Below are positions 18,958 to 31,305 of a stretch of 64,000 nt of DNA, piece by piece. The notes under the pieces are model-generated. The model saw only the letters and a list, made by a program, of their open reading frames with translations. It was not told the DNA's origin and did no database searches. Source of the DNA: Elusimicrobiota bacterium (GTDB lineage Bacteria > Elusimicrobiota > Elusimicrobia > UBA1565 > UBA9628); the NCBI GenBank assembly GCA_023213235.1, contig CP096137.1, positions 3,374,437 to 3,438,436 on the forward strand. Direction: 5' to 3'. The first letter of the stretch is position 1, and the number at the start of each line of letters is the position of its first letter. A program made the translations under genes and the position numbers.

Positions 18958-21161
18958 ATGAAAGCCCTGAAGATCATCGGCTTCGGCGCGGCGGGCCTGC
19001 TCGTCGTCGTCCTCGCGGCCGCCGTCGCCGTCGTCGCCGTCCCCTCCTCGGTCCTGAACACGCAGAGTCTCCAATGGGCGGCGAAGAAGTTCGGCGCGCC
19101 CTATCGCCCCACGTGGCAGGTCTTCGCCCTCTCGATCGACTCGACGAATCTGCTCGTCAAACGAGTCCGCGTCCAGGGTCAGGACGTATGCGTGGACGCC
19201 GAGGACGGCTCCGTGAAGGGCTGCGTCGAGGACCTCGACGTGGACGTCACGCTCAAGCTTTTCCTCCGTCCTTGAAGCGCGCGGAAACGCTCAAACTCGC
19301 GGCCGGCCCCCTGCGCTACGACTCCACGAAGGCCGCGAAGCCGGCCGCGGCGAAAGACGATAATAATGGCGGCGGAAGCCTGCTCCCCGCCTGGGCCCGC
19401 CGCACGACCTTGGGCACGGTCGATCTTAAGCTGCCGAAGGTGACTCTCGTCACCAGCTCGGGCACGACCACCGGGGGCTTGACCGCCGCCTACACGGGCA
19501 AAGGCCCGCTGAAAGCCGCGGCCTGGACGGTTCTGCCTTCCTCCGGCACCGCCCCGGGAACCCGCTACGATTCCGAGTTCACGCTCGACTCAGACCTCTT
19601 TCAGGAAGGAAAGCTCACGCGTCTCGACCTCAAGGCCGGCGTGCGCGGCTCGGGCATGACGGCCGCGCTCGATTCCGTCCTGAGGCCGGGCGACGAGGGC
19701 CGGCTGAGGCTCGAAGCCTCGGCCTCCGTCGTCCTTGAGAAAGCCAAGATCGCGCGCGCGGCCCTGGAGAAGTGCGGCGCCGACATCGCGCGCGACGGCG
19801 ACGGGAGCCTCGAGTCGCTGGACCTGACGTGCGGCCTGTTCCTCCAGCCCGCGCGCCTCGGCATCGGAACGGGTCCCAAGCCCAAGGCGCTCGACGGGCG
19901 ACTGAGCGTGAACGGCCGGTCGCGCGGACGCCGCTTCGAGACCGAGGTACGCGCCCGCCTCGGGCCGACGCCCGGCTACGGCGGCCTCGCTTTCTCGCTC
20001 GACGCCGACCTTTCCGGCAGCGAGTCCGACGGGCTCGCGCATGAGAAGAAGGTCCGCATCACGGCCGCCATCGAGAAGTTCGCCGAGCTCGTCCGTCTCC
20101 TCGACGGCACCGAGTACGCCGTCCCCGCCCCGCTCAACGCCTTCGACGGGATCGTCAGAGCCACGGCCACCGTGGAGGGCGAGCCCGCGCGCCTGGCCTT
20201 CGACGTCCGCACCGAGCTCGCCTCCGACAAGCAGGCGCTCGACGTGGCCGTCCGGGGCAAGGCCTCCGCCCCGAGCCTCGGCAAGAAGGCGGCTCTCACC
20301 GCCGACGTCGAGCTGACCAAGGTCGTCCTGCAGCTGCCGTACCTCGAGCTCAAGGACGCGCCGAAGCCCATCGTCGACAAGCGCATCAAGACGGGCGACC
20401 CCGCCCGCGACAAGGCCGTCGAGGACCTGCGCGCCGGCGCCGCCGCCGCGACGCCGAAGCCCGCCGCGCTCGACTACGACGTCGCGGTCCGCACGAAATC
20501 CCCCGTCCGCATCCTCACGAACCTCGTGAAGGTCCCCGTCCCGATCTCCCTCGACGTCCGCGCCAAGCCCGCGGGCGTCTCGGGCACGGTCAAGGTCGAG
20601 AGCTTCGACACGGAGGTCTTCCGCCAGAACGCCACGATCGACCATTTCACGCTGACGCCCGGCGCCGCGGGAACGGCCACGGCCGTCGACGGCAAGATCG
20701 TCTACAAGCGCAACGACGTGACCGTCAACATCCTCGTCCTCGGCTCGACGGCCAAGCCCGCCGTCGTCTTCGAAAGCGACCCGCCGATGTCGCAGAATGA
20801 GATCGTCGCCCTCGTCCTCTACGGCAAGAGCCCCGACGAGCTCGACGCCGACCAGAAGTCCTCCGCCGGCAACGCGACGAACGCGATGACCAACGGCGCG
20901 TTCGGGCTGGCGTCCCTCTACCTCTTCGCCTCGACGCCGGTCGATTCGGTCGGCTACGACGCGGCGACGGGCAGCTACCAGGTCAAGTTCAAGCTTCCGG
21001 GAGGTGCGAGCCTGTCCGTGGGGTCGAATCTCCAGGAGTCGCGCACGCTGACGCTGCGCAAGCGCTTGGCGCGGCACTGGGAGATCATGACCGAGGCCGA
21101 GCGGGGCTCGCGCGAGAACGGCGCGATCACGACCTTCCTGCAGTGGTTCGAGCGCTACTGA
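18958..21161 (+). CDS. TamB/AsmA-like translocation and assembly module protein (frameshift near 19265)
   Basis: N-terminal TM helix, long beta-rich body, C-terminal FESDPPMSQNEIVALVLYG motif; follows the TamA-like gene. Confidence 0.7.
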
Positions 21162-21323
21162 CTAGCGCGGCTCGTAGAGGATCGGCGTCGACCCTTCGCT
21201 GCCCGAGAAATCCTCGAATTCCCCGGGACCGCTGACGGCTTCGCGCTCGTGCCAATCGGCGATCAAGCGGGCGAAGTCGACTCCTTCGGTCGTCACGGCG
21301 AGGCGGTAAATTTCAGTAATCAC
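21162..21323 (-). CDS. Unannotated 53-aa acidic small protein
   Basis: TATCAT 6 nt before GTG 21323; reads MITEIYRLAVTTEGVDFARLIADWHEREAVSGPGEFEDFSGSEGSTPILYEPR*. Confidence 0.55.
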   Translation of the reverse strand: MITEIYRLAVTTEGVDFARLIADWHEREAVSGPGEFEDFSGSEGSTPILYEPR

Positions 21324-21425
21324 CGTTACATGATAGGCACGCGGCGCGCCGCGATGCTATGAACGGGCCGCCACGAATTCATGTCCGGCGTGTGACGACC
21401 GTCCAGGCCGAAAGGGAAGTCGCGG

Positions 21426-22652
21426 CTAGCGCCGCGGAATCGAACGCCGTCGCACGCGGAAGGACGACATCAGCGACGGGCGGTACGTCTTCATGCGCGG
21501 CGGCACGCGATAGGGGAAGCCGGGGACGGCCTTGCGCTCGATCTCCTGCCCGATGAACGCCTCGATGACGGGCACGAGCTTCTCTTCCTCGAGCGACACG
21601 AGCGTCGCCGCGTCGCCCTCGGTCATCGCGCGGCCCGTGCGGCCGATGCGGTGCACGTAGTCTTCCGGGTGCTCGGGCACGTCGTAGTTGATGACGTGGG
21701 AGACCTCGGGGACGTCGAGGCCGCGGGCGGCCAGGTCGGTCGCGACGAGGACCGTGTGGCGCCCCTCGCGGAAGTCGGCCATGCCGCGGTCGCGCTCGCC
21801 CTGAGAGAGGTCTGAGTGCAGGACCACGCAGCGGATCGCCTTGCGCTGCAGCCAGCCGGCGACGCGGTCGGCGCGGACCTTGGTGCGCGTGAAGATGATG
21901 ACGGAGTCCACGCCGTCGGCCTTGATGAGCTCTTCGAGGAGCGCGGCCTTCTGGTCTTCGGTGATCGGGAGCAGCCACTGCTTGATCGTGGTGGCGGTCG
22001 CGCGCGGCTTGTCGACGGAGACGCGCACGGGCGAGCGCATGAACTCGTTGACGACGCGCTCGACCTCGATCGGAATCGTCGCCGAGAACATCAGGGTCTG
22101 GCGCTCGGCGGGCAGCATCTTCATGATGCGGCGCACGTCGGGCATGAAGCCCATGTCCAGCATACGATCCGCCTCGTCTAATACGGCGACGCGGACGTTC
22201 TGCAGATTGAAGGTGCCGGAGCGGATATGATCGAGCAGGCGGCCCGGGGTCGCGACGACGACCTCGGCCCCGCGCTTGAGCTCCTGGGTCTGGTTGTGGA
22301 AGGAGGCGCCGCCGATGACGGTGACGCAGCGCACGGGCGAGAACTTGGCCAGCTCGGAAATGGCTCTCTCGACCTGAGTGGCGAGTTCGCGCGTCGGGGT
22401 CAGCACGAGGGCGCGCACGCGAAGGCCGGCCTTGGCGCCGCCCTCGGCCTCGCGGTCGGCCAACAGCCGGGACAGCAAGGGAAGCGTGAACGCGACGGTC
22501 TTGCCGGAGCCGGTCTGGGCGGAGCCGATGACGTCTTTGCCCTGAAGGGCCTCGGGAATCGCGGCGGCCTGAACGGGGGTCGGGGAGGCGTAGCCGAGTG
22601 CGTTGATGCCTTGAAGGAGCTCGGGGCGCAGGTTGAAGTCGCTGAATGCCAT
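21426..22652 (-). CDS. DEAD-box RNA helicase (RhlE-like)
   Basis: Q motif, AQTGSGKT, PTRELA, TPGRL, DEAD, SAT, ARGLD, HRIGRTGR. Confidence 0.92.
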   Translation of the reverse strand: MAFSDFNLRPELLQGINALGYASPTPVQAAAIPEALQGKDVIGSAQTGSGKTVAFTLPLLSRLLADREAEGGAKAGLRVRALVLTPTRELATQVERAISELAKFSPVRCVTVIGGASFHNQTQELKRGAEVVVATPGRLLDHIRSGTFNLQNVRVAVLDEADRMLDMGFMPDVRRIMKMLPAERQTLMFSATIPIEVERVVNEFMRSPVRVSVDKPRATATTIKQWLLPITEDQKAALLEELIKADGVDSVIIFTRTKVRADRVAGWLQRKAIRCVVLHSDLSQGERDRGMADFREGRHTVLVATDLAARGLDVPEVSHVINYDVPEHPEDYVHRIGRTGRAMTEGDAATLVSLEEEKLVPVIEAFIGQEIERKAVPGFPYRVPPRMKTYRPSLMSSFRVRRRSIPRR

Positions 22653-22748
22653 GTTTTGGAACCCCATTGTATCAAATGGGGACCGTGCTATCATGTAGGC
22701 CCAATGACCCAGGCGGCGAGCCGACGCCCCCGTCATAATAAGGAGGAG

Positions 22749-24038
22749 ATGCGCGTCCTCCCCTCCTCCTGGCTTTTCTGCTCGCCTTGCCGGCGCAGGC
22801 GCAGAACGTCCGCGTCACCCCCACCCTCGGCACGACGAACGGCGTGCCGTCCATCACCGGGGTCTCCGGTCCGACGACGCTAGCGCCTCTTTCCCCGATC
22901 TCGGCGCTGACGCCGACGCTCGTCCCGACCCTCAACGCCGCGATCCTGGCCGCGCCCGCGCCGGTCGCTCTGCGAGCCTTCGACGTGAACGTCACGATCC
23001 CGGCGGCGGCGAAGGCCGAGTTCCCGGGAGTCCCCGGCGTTCCCGGCGCGGCGAAGACGCCGCTCAAGGCCGCCACGCCCGTCGACGGCTGGGCGAGCCG
23101 GTTCAACTTCAAGCCGGACGGCAATTTCTTCGATCAAAGCCGCGAGATCAAGGACCAGGTCGGCGGCCGGTATCAGGCTGTCCCGAAGGATCAGGGCAAG
23201 GTCCGCGTCCACATTCTCGAGCGCGCCCCGACGGTCGCGCCCAAGGCCGTTCCCGGAACGGAAGGCCTCTCCGGCAAGACGTTGCTCGACGCGCTGAACC
23301 AGATCACCGGACGCGGCTACAAGCAGAACGACTACGGCGCGGCGTCGGACTTCATGTTCTCGCAGGCGGACCAGGTGATCGTCAACGGACAGCGCGGCGT
23401 GATCGACGCCTACTCCGGCATCTTCGTGCCCGGCACGGGCAAGGATGGCGACGACTACCCCGAGCGCGGCGACCAGAACGGCGACGGGCACTCCGACGGC
23501 AAGGGCATGAACGTCGAGCACACCTGGCCGCAGTCGCTCTTCGCCAAGGCGCTGCCGATGCGCTCCGACCTGCACCACCTGATGGCGACCTTCATGCACC
23601 CGAACTCGGTGCGCGGCCACATGCCCTTCGGCGTCGTGACGGGACGGCCCGACTACGAGAACAAGGCCGGCGCCAAGCGCGGCAACGGCGTCTTCGAGCC
23701 GCCGGACGCGGTGAAGGGCGCGTGGCGCGCGGCATGCTGTACTTCTACTCGCGCTACAAGGACTCCCGCACGTTCGGCCGCAACTCGACCGAGTTCTGGA
23801 ACCAGCAGATCGAGCTGTTCCTCGAGTGGAACCGCCGCTTCCCCCGGACGCCTTCGAGGCGCGGCGCAACGACCTCGTGCAGTCCTTCCAGGGCAACCGC
23901 AACCCCTTCATCGACGACTACACCCTCGCCGACCGCGTCGGCAAGGACGCCTTCCGCCACGGCAATCCGCAGCGCGGCGGTCCCGGCTTCCGCATGGCCG
24001 GTGACGGCGGCCGCCGCCGTTCCTCCCGAAGGCGCTAG
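22749..24038 (+). CDS. Secreted endonuclease I family nuclease with long low-complexity N-terminus (about three frameshifts)
   Basis: AGGAGG SD; NVEHTWPQS, SDLHHL, NSVRGHMPFG, FEPPD.VKG, ARGMLYF, GNRNPFID. Confidence 0.8.
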
Positions 24039-24140
24039 CGAGTCGCCGGGCGCGAGCGCCCGGCGCAGACGCATCGGCGGAAATTCCTCATAGCGTCTAG
24101 CCTGTGCTATCATAGGCCGGATTTCACAGGAGACCCGACC

Positions 24141-24887
24141 ATGAAGCTTTCCCTGCTCGCCCTCTTCCTCGCCGCGCCCGTGCTCGCCGGAGAGCCGCCC
24201 AAGGCCGCCGCGCCGGCCGCCCCGAAGGCCGCCGCCGCGAAGACCGAGACGAAGGCCAAGGACGCCTTCAAGACCGACGACGAGCGCCGCGCCTACACGG
24301 TCGGCTACCTGATGGGCCGCAACATCTCGCCTTTCGCGCTCAGCGCCTCCGAGATCAAGGCCGCCCAGCAGGGCCTCTCCGACGCGGCCAACGCGAAGGC
24401 GCCCGGCGTCGATGTGCGCTTCTATCAGCCGAGCATCAACGACATGCTCGCCGCGCGCATGGGCAAGGCCGCCGAGACCGAGAAGGCCAAGGGCAAGGCG
24501 TTCGCCGAGAAGTGGGTGAAGGAGAACAAGCCCAAGGATATCCCGGGCGGCGGCTGGTACCTTGAGACGGCGGCCGGCACCGGCGCGATCCCCGGCAAGA
24601 CCGACACGGTCAAGGTCCACTACCGCGGCACGACGGTCGACGGCGTGGAGTTCGACTCGTCCTACTCGCGCGGCGAGCCGACGCAGTTCGCGCTCAACGG
24701 CGTGATCGCCTGCTGGACGAACGGAATCTCGATGATGAAGGCCGGCGGCAAGGCCAAGCTCCTGTGCCCCTCCGACGTCGCCTACGGCGACCCGGGCCGC
24801 TCCGGCATCAAGCCGGGCGCCACGCTCCTCTTCGAGGCCGAGCTCGTCGAGGTCGTCAAGGCCGAAGAGCCCGCGAAGAAGAAGTAA
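24141..24887 (+). CDS. fkpA: FKBP-type peptidyl-prolyl isomerase (FkpA/Mip-like)
   Basis: Signal peptide; VKVHYRGT, EFDSS, VIACW, AYG..G..GI.PGATL.F. Confidence 0.88.
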   Translation: MKLSLLALFLAAPVLAGEPPKAAAPAAPKAAAAKTETKAKDAFKTDDERRAYTVGYLMGRNISPFALSASEIKAAQQGLSDAANAKAPGVDVRFYQPSINDMLAARMGKAAETEKAKGKAFAEKWVKENKPKDIPGGGWYLETAAGTGAIPGKTDTVKVHYRGTTVDGVEFDSSYSRGEPTQFALNGVIACWTNGISMMKAGGKAKLLCPSDVAYGDPGRSGIKPGATLLFEAELVEVVKAEEPAKKK

Positions 24888-25337
24888 TCAGCGGCGGCGC
24901 GACAGCCGCCGCATCAGGCAGTCGTTCGACACGACGAGCAGGCCCGCCTCGCGCGCCATGCGCTCGCCCTCGTCGTGATACACGCCGTCCTGGAGCCAGA
25001 CCGCCTTGGCCTTCTTGGCGATCGCCTCCAGGATCGGCGTGAACGCCTCCTCCGGACGGCGGAACACGACGACGCAGTCGACCGTCCCGGGAATGTCGGC
25101 CACCGACGGATAACACGTCCGGCCGAGGATCTCCTTGTGGCCCGGGTTGACCGGGATGACCGTGTAGCCGGCCTCCATCACGTACTCGGAGACGTAGTGC
25201 GAGGGACGCTCGGGCTTCGGAGAGAGGCCGACGACGGCGAAGGTCTTCAGCGCGAGGATCGCGTCGACGGCCGCGGAGGAATTGGGCTCGGGGAGACGGC
25301 AGGCGTCGCCGTCTTCAGGCCGCTTCGGTGCCGACAT
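24888..25337 (-). CDS. CoA-binding domain protein (YccU-like)
   Basis: FAVVGLSPKPERPS, VIPVNP, VWLQDG, NDCLM. Confidence 0.85.
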   Translation of the reverse strand: MSAPKRPEDGDACRLPEPNSSAAVDAILALKTFAVVGLSPKPERPSHYVSEYVMEAGYTVIPVNPGHKEILGRTCYPSVADIPGTVDCVVVFRRPEEAFTPILEAIAKKAKAVWLQDGVYHDEGERMAREAGLLVVSNDCLMRRLSRRR

Positions 25338-25641
25338 GGACCTCGCCCTCGTCGATCTCGACGTGGGCGACGTACGACCGGGCGCACACGCCGCAGTCCT
25401 GGTCGATGGTCTGGCCGTCCATGTCCGCGATGACGTGAAGCTCGGTCCCCTCGCCGCAGTGCGGGCATTCGATCGTGACCCACTGGTCGAGCCGTTCCGT
25501 GGTGGCCTCGATGATCTGCTCTTTGAGGACCGTCTCCATCACCTTCTCGGCGGTCTTGTGCTCGGGCTCGTGATGGTCGACGGCCGCGGCTTTCTTCGCG
25601 GCGGGCTTCTTCGTCTTAGAGGGGGCCTTGGTCTTCGGCAT
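25315..25641 (-). CDS. CPXCG-motif cysteine-rich (zinc ribbon) protein
   Basis: CPHCGE...QDCGVC. Confidence 0.75.
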   Translation of the reverse strand: MPKTKAPSKTKKPAAKKAAAVDHHEPEHKTAEKVMETVLKEQIIEATTERLDQWVTIECPHCGEGTELHVIADMDGQTIDQDCGVCARSYVAHVEIDEGEVHVGTEAA

Positions 25642-25686
25642 GTTCTCAGTGTAGAGGGCGAAGCTTTCCCCGTCAAGGGGTCAGTC

Positions 25687-25744
25687 GGTGTCAGGCCTTG
25701 CACTCTTGCAAAGTTGGTTTTGCAAGAGTGCAAGGCCTGACACC
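25687..25744. repeat. Stand-alone REP hairpin related to the ends of RAYT element 1
   Basis: Perfect 26-bp inverted repeat GGTGTCAGGCCTTGCACTCTTGCAAA with a 6-nt loop. Confidence 0.85.
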
Positions 25745-25748
25745 AAAC

Positions 25749-26762
25749 CTACTTGACGGGGGCGACTTCGATGACGACGCGGCGGTTGGCTTTGCGGCCC
25801 TCGGCGCTGTCGTTGGGCTTGGCGGGGCGGAATTCGCCGAAGCCGGCGGCCGAGAGGCGGGCGGGGTCGAGGCCGGCGTGCTCGTGCAGCCAGCGCGCGA
25901 CCGCGGTCGCGCGCGCGGCGGTCAGCTCCCAGTGTCCGGCGTAGCCGCCGAGCAGGCCTTTCTTGAAGGCGGAGTTGTCGGAGTGGGCTTCGACGCGCCA
26001 GTGCTTGCCGGGGATCGCCTTGAGCGCCGCGCCGACGCGCGAGAGCAGCGCTTCGCCTCTTTCCGTGAGCTTGGCCTCGCCCTCGTCGAAGAGAGACGAG
26101 TCGGAGAGCGTGAGCAGGAAGGATTCCCCCGCCTGATCGAGGCGGGCGGCGCCGTCCTGCATTTCCTTTAGGACGGAGTCGGCGGCGGCGCCCATCTCCT
26201 CGCGCGTCCTGAGGACGGCGGCGGACTTGGCCTCGGCGGCGGCTTTGGCGGCGTCGCCGCTCTGGGCGACGGCGCCCTCGGCCTTCGTGAGCTTGGCCAG
26301 GATCGCGTCGCGCTCGGCGGAAAGCTTCGCCAGGTCGCGCGCGGTCTTCTCGCGCGCGGACTGGTAGACGGTCTTCAGGCGCTCGAGGGCGAGCTTCTCC
26401 TTGAGCGTGTCGGAGAGCCGCTTCGAGAGCGCGTCCTTCTCGGCGACGACCGCGTTGAGGCGACCGCCGAGCTCGTCCTTGCTGGCGCCGATCGCGTCGG
26501 AGAGGGACTTGTTCGAGCTGGAAAGCGCGGAGGCGCGGTTCTCGGCGGCGGCGATCTTGCCCTCGGCCTCGGCGAGCTTGGCCTCGAGCTCGGCCTTCTG
26601 CGCCTTGAGCGTCTCGGCCTCGCCGGCGCGCTCCTGGAGCTGGCTATAAAGGGAACCGGCCTTGGTCTGAAGGTCCTCGATCTCCTTCTTCTGCTTTTCG
26701 AGCTGGGCTCCGGCGCAGGCGGAGAGGGAGAGGACGGCGAGGAGGGGCAGGAATCGGTTCAT
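25749..26762 (-). CDS. OmpA/MotB-family lipoprotein with long coiled coil
   Basis: Lipobox LSA-C; coiled coil; LF..G.A.L, HSDN, WELTAARA.AV, GFGEFRP, NRRV.I. Confidence 0.85.
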   Translation of the reverse strand: MNRFLPLLAVLSLSACAGAQLEKQKKEIEDLQTKAGSLYSQLQERAGEAETLKAQKAELEAKLAEAEGKIAAAENRASALSSSNKSLSDAIGASKDELGGRLNAVVAEKDALSKRLSDTLKEKLALERLKTVYQSAREKTARDLAKLSAERDAILAKLTKAEGAVAQSGDAAKAAAEAKSAAVLRTREEMGAAADSVLKEMQDGAARLDQAGESFLLTLSDSSLFDEGEAKLTERGEALLSRVGAALKAIPGKHWRVEAHSDNSAFKKGLLGGYAGHWELTAARATAVARWLHEHAGLDPARLSAAGFGEFRPAKPNDSAEGRKANRRVVIEVAPVK

Positions 26763-26809
26763 GGCGAAATGATAAAATATACCGCGACGCTTTTATAAGG
26801 AGTCCCCCC

Positions 26810-29508
<2,699 letters not shown>

Positions 29509-29546
29509 CCCTTGCGGAATGAAGGTCCCGGGCCTACACTAAGGGT

Positions 29547-29765
29547 ATGACTTACTCTTTCTCGGCGGTCGTGAATAGAGAGGGCCGGATGTTCGTTGCC
29601 CTCTGCCCGGAGTTCGACATCGCCAGCCAGGGAAGAACCGCAGCGACCGCGACCAAGAATCTGAAGGACGCGGTGCGGTTGTATCTCGAGACGGCATCCC
29701 CGGCCGAGCTCGAAGCCGCCAAGGCAGCCAAGACCGTCGTCAAAGAGCTCAGCGTCGCGGTCTGA
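29547..29765 (+). CDS. hicB: HicB-family antitoxin
   Basis: FVALCPEFDIASQG.T...A..NLKDAV; TTGCGG-17-TACACT-6-ATG. Confidence 0.8.
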   Translation: MTYSFSAVVNREGRMFVALCPEFDIASQGRTAATATKNLKDAVRLYLETASPAELEAAKAAKTVVKELSVAV

Positions 29766-29992
29766 TGGGCGGTCTGCCGGTCGTTTCCGGCCGGGAGGCG
29801 GTTCGCGCACTCGCGAAGGCCGGGTTCACCGAAGTCCGGCGAAAGGGCAGCCACATCATCCTTCAAAAGATATTGCCGGGCACGACGAACACCCTGATCG
29901 TGCCTGATCACAAGGAACTCGCCAACGGCACGTTGCGCGCGATCATCCGGAAATCGGGGCTGAGCGTGGATGAGTTTTCCGCCTTCCTGTAG
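29765..29992 (+). CDS. hicA: HicA-family mRNase toxin
   Basis: AGF..VRRKGSHIIL, IVPDHKEL..GTL.AII; TGATG overlap with hicB. Confidence 0.88.
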   Translation: MGGLPVVSGREAVRALAKAGFTEVRRKGSHIILQKILPGTTNTLIVPDHKELANGTLRAIIRKSGLSVDEFSAFL

Positions 29993-30032
29993 CTACTTGT
30001 AATCAGGGCTCTATCGGGCTACACTCATAACG

Positions 30033-30367
30033 ATGACCAGAAAGTTCGCCGCGATCCTCGCCGTCCTCGCCCTGGCCACCTGCGCCGGGCGCGTGTCGGC
30101 GTGGGCGTCGGCTCCCGGCGACGAGCATGCCTGTTGCCGCGGCGAGCCCTCCGCTCCCGCCGAGGCGGCCGTCATCGAGTGCTGCGCCGTCCCGGCCGCC
30201 GTCGCCGCCGTGCGGGTCCCGGCCCCGGACGTTGTCCTCGTCGGCATGCCCGCCGCCCCGCCCGTCGTGCCCGTCTTCGCGCAGTCGTCCGTCGAGTCTG
30301 AGGCCCCGCCGGGTCCCGGACCTTGCGCGCCGCCGTTCCCGCTCGCGCTCCGCCTCTGTCGGCCTGA
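30033..30367 (+). CDS. DUF2946/CruR-like exported leader protein with probable C-terminal RAPP arrest motif (one base missing between 30302 and 30344)
   Basis: Signal peptide, EHACC and IECC motifs, Pro-rich spacer. The adjacent frame reads ...LRAAVPARAPPLSA* (RAPP at 30344-30355, TGA 30365-30367). Confidence 0.6.
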
Positions 30368-30419
30368 CGTCTCAAGAGCATCCTCAGGCCGTTCCCAAAA
30401 TTAAACAGAGAGGTCTATT

Positions 30420-30551
30420 ATGAAGAAAGTGATCCTGTCGCTCGCCGTGGTCGCCGCCGCCGCCGTCGCTGCCTACGCGGCGGACTGCTGCGGGCTGAGC
30501 CTGCCGTGCTGCAAGGCGCAGGCGTCCTGCTGCGACGCGGCGAAGAAGTAA
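30420..30551 (+). CDS. Unannotated 43-aa secreted cysteine-rich peptide
   Basis: SD AGAGAGG; MKKVILSLAVVAAAAVAAYA-ADCCGLSLPCCKAQASCCDAAKK*; host-like codons; followed by a terminator. Confidence 0.8.
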   Translation: MKKVILSLAVVAAAAVAAYAADCCGLSLPCCKAQASCCDAAKK

Positions 30552-30568
30552 GCGCTCCGATCCGAACG

Positions 30569-30606
30569 GACGCCCCTCGGGCCTCGGCCCGGGGGCGTCT
30601 TATTTC
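30569..30606 (+). terminator. Intrinsic terminator after the Cys-rich peptide
   Basis: GC stem GACGCCCCTCGGGCC / GGCCCGGGGGCGTC followed by TTATTTC. Confidence 0.65.
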
Positions 30607-31280
30607 TTGAGCTGGGCGGGCCAGGTCTTCTTGACGGCCTTGAGGATCGAGTCCGCGACGGAGCGCGCGGATTCCTCGAACGAGTAGACGCTCGCGACGT
30701 CGGAGCCGGTCCACAGCACCTCGCCCGTCTGCACGTAGACGAGGCGGGCGCTGACGCCGAGGCGGCCGTACGACGTCACCGTGCGCGGCTCGCGGCGGAC
30801 GAGACGCTTCGTGCGGTAGCCCTGGATCTCCGTGGTCTCGGTCTGGCCGGTGGTGCCGTCGGCGTTCTGGACAGTCTTCGTGCGGCGCACGTAAATCGGG
30901 TCCTGGAACGTGTCGACGACCTCGGTATCGACGAGCGACTCGCGCGGCTCGCGGAAGTCGGTGATGCGCCCGAAGAGCAGCGCGTCGACGCCGAGCAGCT
31001 TGCCGGCGCGCTTGGCGTCCTTGGGATCGGAGGCCGTGAGCCCTTTCTCGCGGAGGAGCTTGTCGACCTGCGCGCGCTCGACGAGGCTGTAGCCGGCCGC
31101 CAGGAGCTCCTGCTCGAAGGCGCCGGCCAGGAGCTCGCCGGAGCCGCCGAAGCCGCCGTAGTCGGAGAAGCCGACCACCGCGACGCGCTTGACCTTCGCG
31201 AAGTCGAAGTCGGCCTTCACGGCGACGGTCGCCGTCGCGCAGGCGCCGAGCAGCGCGATCAGGGGCAGGAGCTTCCTCAT
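30600..31280 (-). CDS. CsgG/LpoB-like lipoprotein
   Basis: Lipobox LGA-C from ATG 31280; RVAVVGF, YSLVERAQVDKLLRE, GKLLGVDALLFG, ARLVYVQTGEVLW. Confidence 0.75.
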   Translation of the reverse strand: MRKLLPLIALLGACATATVAVKADFDFAKVKRVAVVGFSDYGGFGGSGELLAGAFEQELLAAGYSLVERAQVDKLLREKGLTASDPKDAKRAGKLLGVDALLFGRITDFREPRESLVDTEVVDTFQDPIYVRRTKTVQNADGTTGQTETTEIQGYRTKRLVRREPRTVTSYGRLGVSARLVYVQTGEVLWTGSDVASVYSFEESARSVADSILKAVKKTWPAQLKK

Positions 31281-31305
31281 GCCGCCGATCCTAGCTTTTA
31301 TCGGG

